Source of the DNA: Candidatus Fraserbacteria bacterium
Lineage (GTDB): Bacteria; Bipolaricaulota; Bipolaricaulia; RBG-16-55-9
NCBI GenBank assembly: GCA_037442925.1
Contig: JBBIPG010000048.1
Location: 1 to 17,684 of the forward strand
DNA length: 17,684 bases
Direction of reading: 5' to 3'
The notes beneath the pieces are model-generated. The model saw only the letters and a list, made by a program, of their open reading frames with translations. It searched no databases and was not told where the DNA came from. This document shows positions 1 through 8,648 of this stretch, in pieces. Positions within the stretch are counted from its first letter, which is position 1, and each line of letters opens with the position of its first letter. The position numbers and the translations under genes were made by a program.

Positions 1-81
1 AAAGGATAGGGAACTCGGGGTCCAACGCTATGATGTGTCCGTAGTTGAGGGACGGATGGAAGGATGACTTGAGTTTTCTAA

Positions 82-100
82 CCGCTAGAGTACCTAGCGG
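82..100. other. Perfect 7-bp inverted repeat (hairpin or operator) upstream of the ABC operon
   Basis: CCGCTAG (82-88), loop AGTAC, CTAGCGG (94-100); lies 35 nt before the proposed start codon at 136. Function unknown. Confidence 0.4.
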
Positions 101-135
101 ACTTGACAACCATTTTCATGGAAGGAGAAACTCTC

Positions 136-1887
136 ATGAAGCGGAAAGTCTACACCCTGCTGTTGATCACAGCCATGTTCCTTGGTTTGATCGGCGGTGC
201 CCATGGTTCCATCGCCACAGGTCAGCAAACGAGTCTTCCCAATACCCCCTTCGTGATGTCGGCGGTGCAGATGCCCGACGGGATGGGACAGCGAGGTGGT
301 ACGCTGACCATGGACATCATCGACAATCCGAAGACGTTCAACCCGATCACTCAGAATGAGGCTAGCTCAAGCGCAGTAACCAGTCTGCTCAACTCCACAC
401 TGATCGACAACACCGGCACCCCGCTTGTAGCTGAGTCCTTCGAAGTCTCGGCGGATCAGACCAGCGTTACACTGACGCTGCGCTCAGGCATACGGTTTTC
501 CGATGGCACACCCGTTACGGCCGATGATGTCGTCTTCACTCTGGAAGACGTCATCTTCAACCCACAAGGGAACAGCACCCTCACGGATGCTTGGCAAGTC
601 GCCGGACAGTTCCCTAAGGTAGAGGCACTGGCTTCCCAGACGGTCAGAATCACAGCTCCTATACCCTTTTCGGGCTTATTGAGTGCAATTGCCAGCACAC
701 CCATTTTGCCGAAGCATCTCTTGGCCGACGCCGTACAAGCGGGAAGATTCAACTCGGCTTGGGGGGTGGGCACGTCGCCCTCTCAGATTGCGGGTCTAGG
801 CCCATTCCGCCTGCAAAGCTTCACACCGGGACAGCAGGTCGTCCTGGAGCGCAACCCCTATTACTGGAAGGTCGATGAGAACGGAACACAGCTGCCTTAT
901 GTGGATCGGATCATCATGCCCATCGTCACCGATGACAACGTGCGTCTGTTGCGCTTCAGCAATGGACAGACGGACATCTACCCGCCGAGACCAGAGGACA
1001 TCCCCGTGCTGCGTCAGCAGTCCAGCCAAGGAGTCTCGGTGATCGTGCAACAAGCGGGTACAGTGGACAGCAATGTGGTCGCCTTCAATCAAGATGTGCA
1101 AGATCCTGACCTGCGTGCGCTGTTCCGTGATGTGCGGTTCCGCCAAGCCATGGCCTACGCGGCAAACCGCCAGGGAATGATCTCGGCCAACTTGAATAGC
1201 TTGGGTGAACCCCGCTACGGCCCAGGGATCTCCGTCACATTTTGGATCGGCGATCAGGCTGGGTTCCCTACCTTCGAGTTCAACTTGACCAAGGCTGGCC
1301 AGCTTCTCGATCAGATCGGACTGACGATGGGCACAGATGGTTGGAGACAATTTGCCAACGGCAGGCGCGTTGAATTTACGCTGCTGACCGTGCAGGGCTC
1401 CACCGTGCTTGTCAACGATGCTGTGCTCTTTGCCAACGATCTGGCCAAGATCGGGATCAAAGCCAACGTACGCCCACTGGATCTCAACGCCGTGATCGAT
1501 CAGCTGGTGGGAAGCCAACCTCCACAGTACGAGGCAGTCCGCATTACGATCACCGGAGGCGATGGCGACCCGAATCTGCTGCGAAGCGTTTACCAATCCA
1601 CAGGGGCTCTCCACTTCTGGAAGTACTCTGATGGGAGCGGTCAAGACGTTCCAGACTGGCAGCTTCAGGTCGATCAACTCTTGGAGCAGCAAGCGCAAAG
1701 TCTCGATCTTTCGGAGCGCTTTGACCTGCTGAGCCGGTTCCAGACGATCGTGGCTCAGAACCAGCCCATGATCTTCCTCTACAATGCTCAGGGGCTGGAA
1801 GCGTATCGTTCGGATCGCGTGGGCAACTTCACCGGAACGGTAGAGAACACGACGTTACTGAACCCAGAGATCGTCTTTCGTAAGTAA
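136..1887 (+). CDS. ABC transporter substrate-binding protein, family 5 (OppA/DppA/NikA-like)
   Basis: Start moved from the ORF-track TTG at 103 to ATG 136 (AAGGAG at 122-127). Sec signal MKRKVYTLLLITAMFLGLIGGAHG without a lipobox Cys. Family-5 motifs LRSGIRFSDGTPVTADDVVFT, GLGPFRL, LERNPYYW, LPYVDRI, DVRFRQAMAYA. Followed by two permeases. Confidence 0.93.
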   Translation: MKRKVYTLLLITAMFLGLIGGAHGSIATGQQTSLPNTPFVMSAVQMPDGMGQRGGTLTMDIIDNPKTFNPITQNEASSSAVTSLLNSTLIDNTGTPLVAESFEVSADQTSVTLTLRSGIRFSDGTPVTADDVVFTLEDVIFNPQGNSTLTDAWQVAGQFPKVEALASQTVRITAPIPFSGLLSAIASTPILPKHLLADAVQAGRFNSAWGVGTSPSQIAGLGPFRLQSFTPGQQVVLERNPYYWKVDENGTQLPYVDRIIMPIVTDDNVRLLRFSNGQTDIYPPRPEDIPVLRQQSSQGVSVIVQQAGTVDSNVVAFNQDVQDPDLRALFRDVRFRQAMAYAANRQGMISANLNSLGEPRYGPGISVTFWIGDQAGFPTFEFNLTKAGQLLDQIGLTMGTDGWRQFANGRRVEFTLLTVQGSTVLVNDAVLFANDLAKIGIKANVRPLDLNAVIDQLVGSQPPQYEAVRITITGGDGDPNLLRSVYQSTGALHFWKYSDGSGQDVPDWQLQVDQLLEQQAQSLDLSERFDLLSRFQTIVAQNQPMIFLYNAQGLEAYRSDRVGNFTGTVENTTLLNPEIVFRK

Positions 1888-1923
1888 AGCCCCCTCACCC
1901 CTTATCCAAGGAGCGGCTGGAAG

Positions 1924-2958
1924 ATGCTGGGCTATGCACTGAGACGCTTGCTCTACACCATACCACTGTTGCTTGTGATCTCCGTGATCGTCTTCCTGGT
2001 CACGGCGCTCGAACCCGGCAACTTCTGCACCCCGCTACGCCTGCAAGACGAAGCACTGTATCAGCAGTGTGTGAAGAGCACAGGCATCGACCAGCCGCTC
2101 CCCCTCCAATATGGCATGTGGCTCTGGGGCATCGTAACGCGCTTGGACTTCGGATATTCGTTTCAGAACCAGCAGCCGGTTCTCGTGCAACTCTTCACCG
2201 CGGGCGACTGGAATAGTGGCACGCCCCTCTTCTGGACGCTCGTCATCAGCTTTGGGACGATGATCCTCACTTGGCTGCTGGCCGTTCCCTTGGGTATCTA
2301 CGCCGCGACTCATCGAGGTTCCTGGCGCGATTACACCGTGAATTTCATGGGATTTGTGGGTTTGTCCATCCCCAGCTTCTTCCTGGCCATCGCGCTGCTC
2401 TGGCTGCTGGTCGTTGTCTTCCAAGTGGGGCAGCAGTGCTGGCAACTGGCTCAAGGAGGTGAGACGATCTGCTTGGGGGTCTCTGGACTCTTCGACGGCA
2501 ACCTCGTCTCCGCGCCCTGGAGCTGGGAGAAGTTTCTCAATCTCCTCTGGCATCTCTGGCCGGCCATGCTCGTCATCGGTGCCGCCAACTTTGCCGCCAT
2601 CATGCGCTACATGCGTAGCGAGCTACTTACTGTACTGAGCGAACCCTATATTCAAACGGCGCGGGCCAAAGGACTGAGCGAACGATGGGTCATCTACAGA
2701 CATGCACTGAAAAATGCGCTCAACCCCATGATCAGCATGCTCGGCTACTGGTTGCCCCTGATGTTCGAGGGGACCTTGGTGGCCGCCATGATTCTACAGC
2801 TTCCGACCGTCGAGAGGGTCTACTGGACTGCTCTTAGACAGGGAGACCAGTACGTGATCATGGGCGGTCTGCTCTTCTTTAGCACGGTGCTCATTCTGGG
2901 CAACTTGCTTTCGGACTTGCTCTTGGCCTGGGTCAATCCCAAGATTCGGTATCAATGA
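1924..2958 (+). CDS. Opp/Dpp-family ABC transporter permease (OppB/DppB-like)
   Basis: MLGYALRRLL N-terminus, LDFGYSF, EAA-loop region YIQTARAKGLSERWVIYRHALKNAL, C-terminal NLLSDLLLAWVNPKIRY; RBS AAGGAG at 1908-1913. Confidence 0.93.
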   Translation: MLGYALRRLLYTIPLLLVISVIVFLVTALEPGNFCTPLRLQDEALYQQCVKSTGIDQPLPLQYGMWLWGIVTRLDFGYSFQNQQPVLVQLFTAGDWNSGTPLFWTLVISFGTMILTWLLAVPLGIYAATHRGSWRDYTVNFMGFVGLSIPSFFLAIALLWLLVVVFQVGQQCWQLAQGGETICLGVSGLFDGNLVSAPWSWEKFLNLLWHLWPAMLVIGAANFAAIMRYMRSELLTVLSEPYIQTARAKGLSERWVIYRHALKNALNPMISMLGYWLPLMFEGTLVAAMILQLPTVERVYWTALRQGDQYVIMGGLLFFSTVLILGNLLSDLLLAWVNPKIRYQ

Positions 2959-4145
2959 AAGCTATCATTGAACAACAGCAAGAGCTTGTCTTGGAAGCGG
3001 ATTCTCAAGCCGTTGCGGCAACCGTCTATTCGCGAAGTCAGTTCGTCTGGAGGCGCTTCCGAAGTCATCGAGCTGGCTTCGTCTTCGGTCTCATTTTTGC
3101 TCTATTGGCTCTGCTGGTCGTCTTGGGCGAATTCCTCAGCCCGTACGCGGCTACCAGTTTTCATGCCGACGCGCAGGACTTGGCGTATGACTACGTTCCA
3201 CCCATGATTGGTTGGATCCACTTCGAGGGGCTTCGGCCTTTCATCTATGGCCTTAAACGCGCCTACAACCCACTTACGGGCGTTAAAAGCTATACCGAAG
3301 ACACGAGCCAGAAGTATTATCTGAGCTTCTTCGTCCATGGCGAGCCTTATCGGTTTCTGGGGATTTTCCCGGCAGATCTCCACTTATTTGGAACAGGTCA
3401 GCCGTCTGGCTCGCCCGGTCAACTCTTCCTCTTCGGGACGGACCGCTTTGGACGCGATCTTTGGGCGCGCACTCTAACGGGAGGCCGGATCTCGCTGGGA
3501 ATCGGGCTGTTGGTCGTTGTGATCAGTTTCGTCCTGGGAGTGTTCTTGGGTGGACTCTCCGGGTATTATGGGGGGTCAGCGGACACGCTCATTCAGCGAT
3601 CCGTGGAAGTCGCAATGTCATTACCTAGGCTGGCGCTCTTATTGGCCCTGTCCGCAGCTCTGCCTCCCGAGCTTCCGGCCAGCAGTCGGTTCTGGGGCAT
3701 TGCCTTGATTCTGGCTATCGTCGCGTGGGCACCGCTGGCGCGCGTGGTGCGTGGACAGTTCTTGGCGCTCCGAGAAGAAGGATTCGTGCAAGCCGCTCGT
3801 GCTTTGGGCTTGAGTGACATGCGTATCATCTTTAGGCACATCGTGCCCAATACATTCAGCTATCTCATTGTGTCAGCTACATTGGCTGTGCCGAGCGTGA
3901 TTCTCTTGGAGAGTGTGCTGAGCTACTTTGGGTTCGGCATTCAGGAGCCCTTAGTCAGCTGGGGCCTTCTCATGGGAGACCTGCAACAGAACTTCCAATA
4001 CCAAATCCAGTTCCATCCTTGGCTCATCATTCCGGGGTTCTTCATCTTCGTGAGCGTGCTCTCCATCAACTATGTGGGCGACGCACTGCGCGATGCGGTC
4101 GATCCGTTCACTACAACTCAGGGTGAAAAACTCCATGCGAGGTGA
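2955..4145 (+). CDS. Opp/Dpp-family ABC transporter permease (OppC/DppC-like)
   Basis: WRRFRSHR N-terminal motif, LFGTDRFGRD, GFVQAARALGLSDMRIIFRHIVPN, SWGLL, NYVGDALRDAVDP; ATGA overlap with the upstream permease. Confidence 0.93.
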   Translation: MKAIIEQQQELVLEADSQAVAATVYSRSQFVWRRFRSHRAGFVFGLIFALLALLVVLGEFLSPYAATSFHADAQDLAYDYVPPMIGWIHFEGLRPFIYGLKRAYNPLTGVKSYTEDTSQKYYLSFFVHGEPYRFLGIFPADLHLFGTGQPSGSPGQLFLFGTDRFGRDLWARTLTGGRISLGIGLLVVVISFVLGVFLGGLSGYYGGSADTLIQRSVEVAMSLPRLALLLALSAALPPELPASSRFWGIALILAIVAWAPLARVVRGQFLALREEGFVQAARALGLSDMRIIFRHIVPNTFSYLIVSATLAVPSVILLESVLSYFGFGIQEPLVSWGLLMGDLQQNFQYQIQFHPWLIIPGFFIFVSVLSINYVGDALRDAVDPFTTTQGEKLHAR

Positions 4146-4155
4146 TTCCAAAATC

Positions 4156-6564
4156 ATGATGAGACTTAGACCCATTACGGCTCTGGTCATACTGGCAGTC
4201 ATTGCGATAAGTCCCTGGTCGCATGCGAAGTCCCTCGATTATCTGCTTCAGTTGGCCGGGAAGGACGCGCTTCCGGAAGTACGTGAGGCAGCCGCACTCG
4301 CCCTCACACCGGCTCTCGTCATATCGAACATGGGCAACGAAGAACTGCGCCGACTGGCGCTCCAAGGGGCTTCGGCAGAACTAAGAAGCGCCGCCGCACG
4401 TGCTCTGGGTACTCGATTGGCACAAGCGGCAGTTGATCTCGATCAATTAGAGACACTGGCAGCTTCCGGTGAGTTCCCCGAAGTACGCGCAGCGGCAAGC
4501 GAGCTGCTCCGTCAACGCTTGCAGCAAAGCGGTCTTTCAGTCGAGGCCCTGGCACGGAGGGCCATTACGGGCAGCTCGTCGGAGTTGCGGATGGCAGCTA
4601 TTCCCGCGTTAACGACGGCGCTTGCCAACTCAGCCTATTCAAACGAAGAACTGTTGGCAGCAGCCAGCTCCGGCGCGACAGTTGAGTATCGACTGGCCGC
4701 GGCACAGGCACTTGTTTTACGATTACAAAACTCTCGCTTATTCACTCTAGAGCAACAGGCGCTCTTAGAGATCGTAAGCGGAAATATCGTAAGACTCTCT
4801 GAGAGAGTTCAAGGGGTGAATGTTCAGATTCGCACGGCGGCGGCCGCACTCTTTGAGGAACAGCTTCAGCAAGCTGACTGGAGTCTCGATCAACTGCAAC
4901 AGCTGACAGAAGATGCCCAGGTCACTCCTGAACTGCGCGCTGCTGCTGGCGCAGTTCTGTCGGATGAACTCCTGAACGCAAATCTGCCCCTAGACGATTT
5001 GCAGAAACTGGCCACAGGGGAAACTCCCGAGCTACGCCGCGCAGCGATTCCTGCCCTCGTTCAAGCGCTGGTGGCTGCGGTCGGACGGCGAACAATAAGC
5101 ATCAATACACTCGTCGATTCGGTTGCCCACGCCGCTAGCGAGGAGCTGGCAGAAGCCGAGGCCGAAGCCGTCTTCGTTCTCTTGCGCCGCACTCTGGTCG
5201 CCCCGCAGGCCCAATCCCAAGTGGAAGCCATCGCCAATGGCCAGGCCGTTCTCATCAACGGCCTCATGATCGATGGTTCGCTCAAGGCCTTCCGGGTAGC
5301 TGCGGGCAACTTTCTAGCGGGAATCTATACGTTCTTCGGGTTCTTGGATCGCCTGACTGACCCGCTGGGTGAGTTGACGGCCATCGCCGAGAATACGGCA
5401 TTTACAGAAGAGTTTCGTGCCGCGGCCGCCCAAGCGCTCGTTCCGGTCTATTTGGCCCAACGAGGTCGGGCGACTCAGGATCTGGCAACCCTAAACGCGT
5501 TACTCGATCAAATATGGCAGGCAGCAAGACAAGGTCAGACGGATCAGGCATTAGAGACGCTCGCACGCTTTAAGGCACTGCTCAGCGCTGAGCGAGATCT
5601 CCTCATTGTGACGGCAGAAGTGGGTGGGGAATTCACGGCACGTCAATTACTGAACGACGAAGTCAACCGCGACGTCGCTCAACTGGAGCGAGCCCTGCAA
5701 GATGGTAGCATCTTCACGGTCAATACGAGCATAAGTGATATTCGTAGAGCGTTCGACACGATTGGAAGAGGAATCTCTCGAGCACCCGATGTGACTACAG
5801 AAACGCTTGAACAGATTGCCTCTCAAGGTGCGACTCCAGAACTGCGTCAAGCAGCAAGTCAGGCATGGGCAGATCGGCTGTGGCGTGACCCACCTGACGT
5901 AAGCATATTGATGCAACTCGCAAGCGAAGGAGCTTCCGCGGAACTACGTCAGGCAGCGGTTCCGGCTCTGACTGCGAGCCTGATCTCGTCCGGAGCGAAT
6001 TTCGAGAGACTTTATAGCATGGCTCTGGATGGCGTGACAGCGGAAGTTCGACTCGCATCAGCTCAAGCCATCATGCAGTCATCTGCCATGGGCAATCTTC
6101 CCTTAGAAACGCTACAAGCATTGGCCAACGGACAAAGCATCGAAATTGGGAGTCTAGTAGTAGATGGATCTAGAATAGAGCTACGTCAAGCCTTTACACC
6201 CGCTCTGCAGGAAGCATTCATCGCCCACAATGAGTCTGACGAGACACTGGAGACTTGGGCAACTCACGGAGCAACTCCAGAGCTGCGCCAGGCTGCTGCA
6301 GAGGTATTAGCAGAACGTTTCGCCCAACCTGAAGGGCCATCGATCGATCATCTGATGGAGCTGGCTATCTCCGGGACTAGCGAAGAGTTGCGTGCGGGCG
6401 TTGCCCGGGCACTCACTAGTCGTTTGATTGCATCCGATCTTACGGAGAGCGATCTCTTTCAGCTCATCGCAGTCCATACACTCTTGCTGAGTCCCAACAC
6501 AAGCACTGCCCTAAGCCATGCGCTGGCCCTGGCGCTGGCTGATCGTTTCGCAAGGGACCCATAG
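4156..6564 (+). CDS. Secreted alpha-solenoid protein with ~18 HEAT-like ~34-aa repeats, function unknown
   Basis: Start placed at ATG 4156 (GAGGTGA at 4139-4145 as RBS), 802 aa. Signal peptide MMRLRPITALVILAVIAISPWSHA, then the recurring consensus LxxLAxxGxxxELRxAAxxALxxxL. Confidence 0.85.
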   Translation: MMRLRPITALVILAVIAISPWSHAKSLDYLLQLAGKDALPEVREAAALALTPALVISNMGNEELRRLALQGASAELRSAAARALGTRLAQAAVDLDQLETLAASGEFPEVRAAASELLRQRLQQSGLSVEALARRAITGSSSELRMAAIPALTTALANSAYSNEELLAAASSGATVEYRLAAAQALVLRLQNSRLFTLEQQALLEIVSGNIVRLSERVQGVNVQIRTAAAALFEEQLQQADWSLDQLQQLTEDAQVTPELRAAAGAVLSDELLNANLPLDDLQKLATGETPELRRAAIPALVQALVAAVGRRTISINTLVDSVAHAASEELAEAEAEAVFVLLRRTLVAPQAQSQVEAIANGQAVLINGLMIDGSLKAFRVAAGNFLAGIYTFFGFLDRLTDPLGELTAIAENTAFTEEFRAAAAQALVPVYLAQRGRATQDLATLNALLDQIWQAARQGQTDQALETLARFKALLSAERDLLIVTAEVGGEFTARQLLNDEVNRDVAQLERALQDGSIFTVNTSISDIRRAFDTIGRGISRAPDVTTETLEQIASQGATPELRQAASQAWADRLWRDPPDVSILMQLASEGASAELRQAAVPALTASLISSGANFERLYSMALDGVTAEVRLASAQAIMQSSAMGNLPLETLQALANGQSIEIGSLVVDGSRIELRQAFTPALQEAFIAHNESDETLETWATHGATPELRQAAAEVLAERFAQPEGPSIDHLMELAISGTSEELRAGVARALTSRLIASDLTESDLFQLIAVHTLLLSPNTSTALSHALALALADRFARDP

Positions 6565-6567
6565 ATT

Positions 6568-7278
6568 ATGAACCAGAGGGAGCCGAGCAAACGCATTCTC
6601 GTGGTGGACGACGAAGATTGGGTCGTGCGGCTGGTACGTAGCTACCTGGAGCAGGCCGGATTTCGTGTTGCGACAGCAGCCGATGGCCATGAGGCACTAG
6701 CACAGTTCGAAGCATATCGACCGGCATTGGTGATCTTGGATTTGTTGATGCCCGGCATCGATGGACTCGAAGTAGCCCGCCGCATCCGAAAAAAATCAGA
6801 CGTTCCCATCATCATGTTGACAGCACGTGCCGACGAAGTGGATCGAGTCACCGGACTCGAGTTAGGGGCAGACGACTACGTAGTGAAACCGTTCAGTGCG
6901 CGGGAGTTGGTCTCTCGTGTACGGGCAGTCTTGCGGCGAATGGAGCATGGTCTTCCCAGACCCGAAATCATCGAAGCAGGTGAAATTCGGTTGGATCTCT
7001 CCCGACGCCAAGTATGGGTAAGTGAACAGTCAGCGGATCTGACGACAATGGAGTTCGATTTGCTGGCATTTATGATGCAGCATCCGGGCCGCGTCTTCAC
7101 CCGTCTTCAGCTCTTAGAAGCCGTGCGGGGCGTTGCCTATGAGAGCTTCGACCGCGCAATTGATGCACACATGAAGCGACTGCGCCAGAAGATCGAGCCC
7201 AATCCCAAGAAGCCCCGTTACATCGTGACGGTCTACGGGGTCGGTTATAAATTCGAAACCCAAGGTGAGCCGCAATGA
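6568..7278 (+). CDS. OmpR/PhoB-family two-component response regulator
   Basis: ILVVDDE, phosphoacceptor LVILDLLMPGIDG, IIMLTA, GADDYVVKPF; winged-helix end RAIDAHMKRLRQKIE...TVYGVGYKF. Confidence 0.95.
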   Translation: MNQREPSKRILVVDDEDWVVRLVRSYLEQAGFRVATAADGHEALAQFEAYRPALVILDLLMPGIDGLEVARRIRKKSDVPIIMLTARADEVDRVTGLELGADDYVVKPFSARELVSRVRAVLRRMEHGLPRPEIIEAGEIRLDLSRRQVWVSEQSADLTTMEFDLLAFMMQHPGRVFTRLQLLEAVRGVAYESFDRAIDAHMKRLRQKIEPNPKKPRYIVTVYGVGYKFETQGEPQ

Positions 7279-8648
7279 CCTTTATTCGCCGACTGTCCTT
7301 TCCGGCTAAGCTGCTCATATCGTTTGGCATTATCATCTTGCTGACGACGGGCTTGGGTTACTTCCTCGTCAATCGAGCCATCAATCGAGCGTTTGAGGAT
7401 TTCGCCGTGCGCAGCACCCACAGACACGCCAATGAGTTCTTGCAGTTTTTCGCCGACTATTACAGACGCACCGGAAGTTGGGATGGATTGGCCGAGATAC
7501 TTCGTAGAGCCGGTCCGGATCGCCCACTACCGCCGCTTCTCCTAACGGACAGTCAAGGGAAGGTCATTATCGCACCCAATTATGGTTGGCTAGGACAAGA
7601 CGTTCTCGCTCTCGGGATCCCCCCAGCGGAGTTGAATCTGACCACACCCATCGAAGTGGATGGCCGGCGTGTAGGCACCCTCATCGCTCTACGACCCAGA
7701 GAATTCAGGAACCCCTTGGAGGAGGAGTTCATTCAATCTGCCCGCGGAGCTCTCTGGCTAACTGGAATAGCAGCCGGGGGCATTGCTCTCCTGCTCGCGT
7801 TCTTCTTGCTGCACCAAACGACAGCTCCTCTACGTGCATTGGACGAGGCTGCTCAAAAGATCAGCCAAGGCGAGCTCGGCCATCGGGTGACAGTACAGAG
7901 CGATGACGAATTTGGTCACGTCGCACGCTCCTTCAACGAGATGGCCTCCAGCTTGGAGAAGACCGAACAGGTGAAGCGCAATATGATCGCTGATATCGCC
8001 CATGAGTTGCGCACACCGATCAGCATCGTGCGTGCCGGGCTGGAGGGTTTAATGGATCGTGTGCTGCCACGTACGGCCGAAAGCTTTGCAGGACTACATA
8101 CTAAGACTCTGTTAATAAGCCGACTCGTCGATGATCTGCATCAGTTAGCGTTGGCCGACGCGGGACAACTGGCCATTCACAAGACCGAGTGCAATCTGTG
8201 GGAGCTGCTCCACCACATTGAGACGACCATCGGTGCGCAACTGGAAGATCAACAGATCCAATTGATCAGCGAAATTCCTTCAGATCTGCCGTCTGTGCAA
8301 GCCGATGTGCAGCGAATGGAGCAGGTTCTACTCAACTTATTGAGCAACGCGATGCGCTATACACCTGCAGGCGGTGTCATTCGTGTCAAGGCGTGCGCCA
8401 TCGAAAGCCAGCAGATTCAAGTCAGCGTCTGCGACAGCGGGCCAGGAATCCCAGAGGACGCTCTGCCTCACGTCTTTGATCGCTTCTATCGGGAAGACAA
8501 ATCACGCGCGCGCTCCACCGGTGGCTCAGGTCTGGGTCTAGCCATTGCCAAAGCGTTGGTCGAGGCTCACAAGGGGAGAATCTGGGCCGAGAATGCTCTC
8601 GGCGGCGGCGCGTGCTTCCATTTCACTCTGCCACTCGTTATTTCTTGA
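7275..8648 (+). CDS. Two-TM HAMP sensor histidine kinase (BaeS-like)
   Basis: Two hydrophobic segments around an extracytoplasmic domain; HAMP (DEFGHVARSFNEMA); H-box IAHELRTP; N-box NLLSNAMRY; G1 DSGPGI; F-box FDRFYR; G2 GSGLGL. ATGA overlap with the regulator. Confidence 0.95.
   Translation: MTFIRRLSFPAKLLISFGIIILLTTGLGYFLVNRAINRAFEDFAVRSTHRHANEFLQFFADYYRRTGSWDGLAEILRRAGPDRPLPPLLLTDSQGKVIIAPNYGWLGQDVLALGIPPAELNLTTPIEVDGRRVGTLIALRPREFRNPLEEEFIQSARGALWLTGIAAGGIALLLAFFLLHQTTAPLRALDEAAQKISQGELGHRVTVQSDDEFGHVARSFNEMASSLEKTEQVKRNMIADIAHELRTPISIVRAGLEGLMDRVLPRTAESFAGLHTKTLLISRLVDDLHQLALADAGQLAIHKTECNLWELLHHIETTIGAQLEDQQIQLISEIPSDLPSVQADVQRMEQVLLNLLSNAMRYTPAGGVIRVKACAIESQQIQVSVCDSGPGIPEDALPHVFDRFYREDKSRARSTGGSGLGLAIAKALVEAHKGRIWAENALGGGACFHFTLPLVIS

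Noticed and set aside
103..135. TTGACA at 103-108 as a -35 box, or TTG 103 as the start codon
   Set aside because: No -10 at suitable spacing before the RBS; ATG 136 has a good SD and gives a proper signal peptide.
796..1698. Long antisense ORFs (796-1698, 2035-2553, 9119-9634, 13652-14371 and others)
   Set aside because: They lie opposite well-supported genes, show no recognisable motifs, and are expected shadows of GC-rich codon usage.
1908..1918. AAGGAGCGGCT occurs both here and at 13280-13290
   Set aside because: Six of the 11 nt are the Shine-Dalgarno sequence; the remaining match is compatible with chance.
4072..4155. Extended N-termini in the ORF track (4072, 9396, 12141, 13183)
   Set aside because: They overlap upstream genes or leaders and lack an SD; downstream ATGs at 4156, 9297, 12192 and 13294 have SDs and family-typical N-termini.
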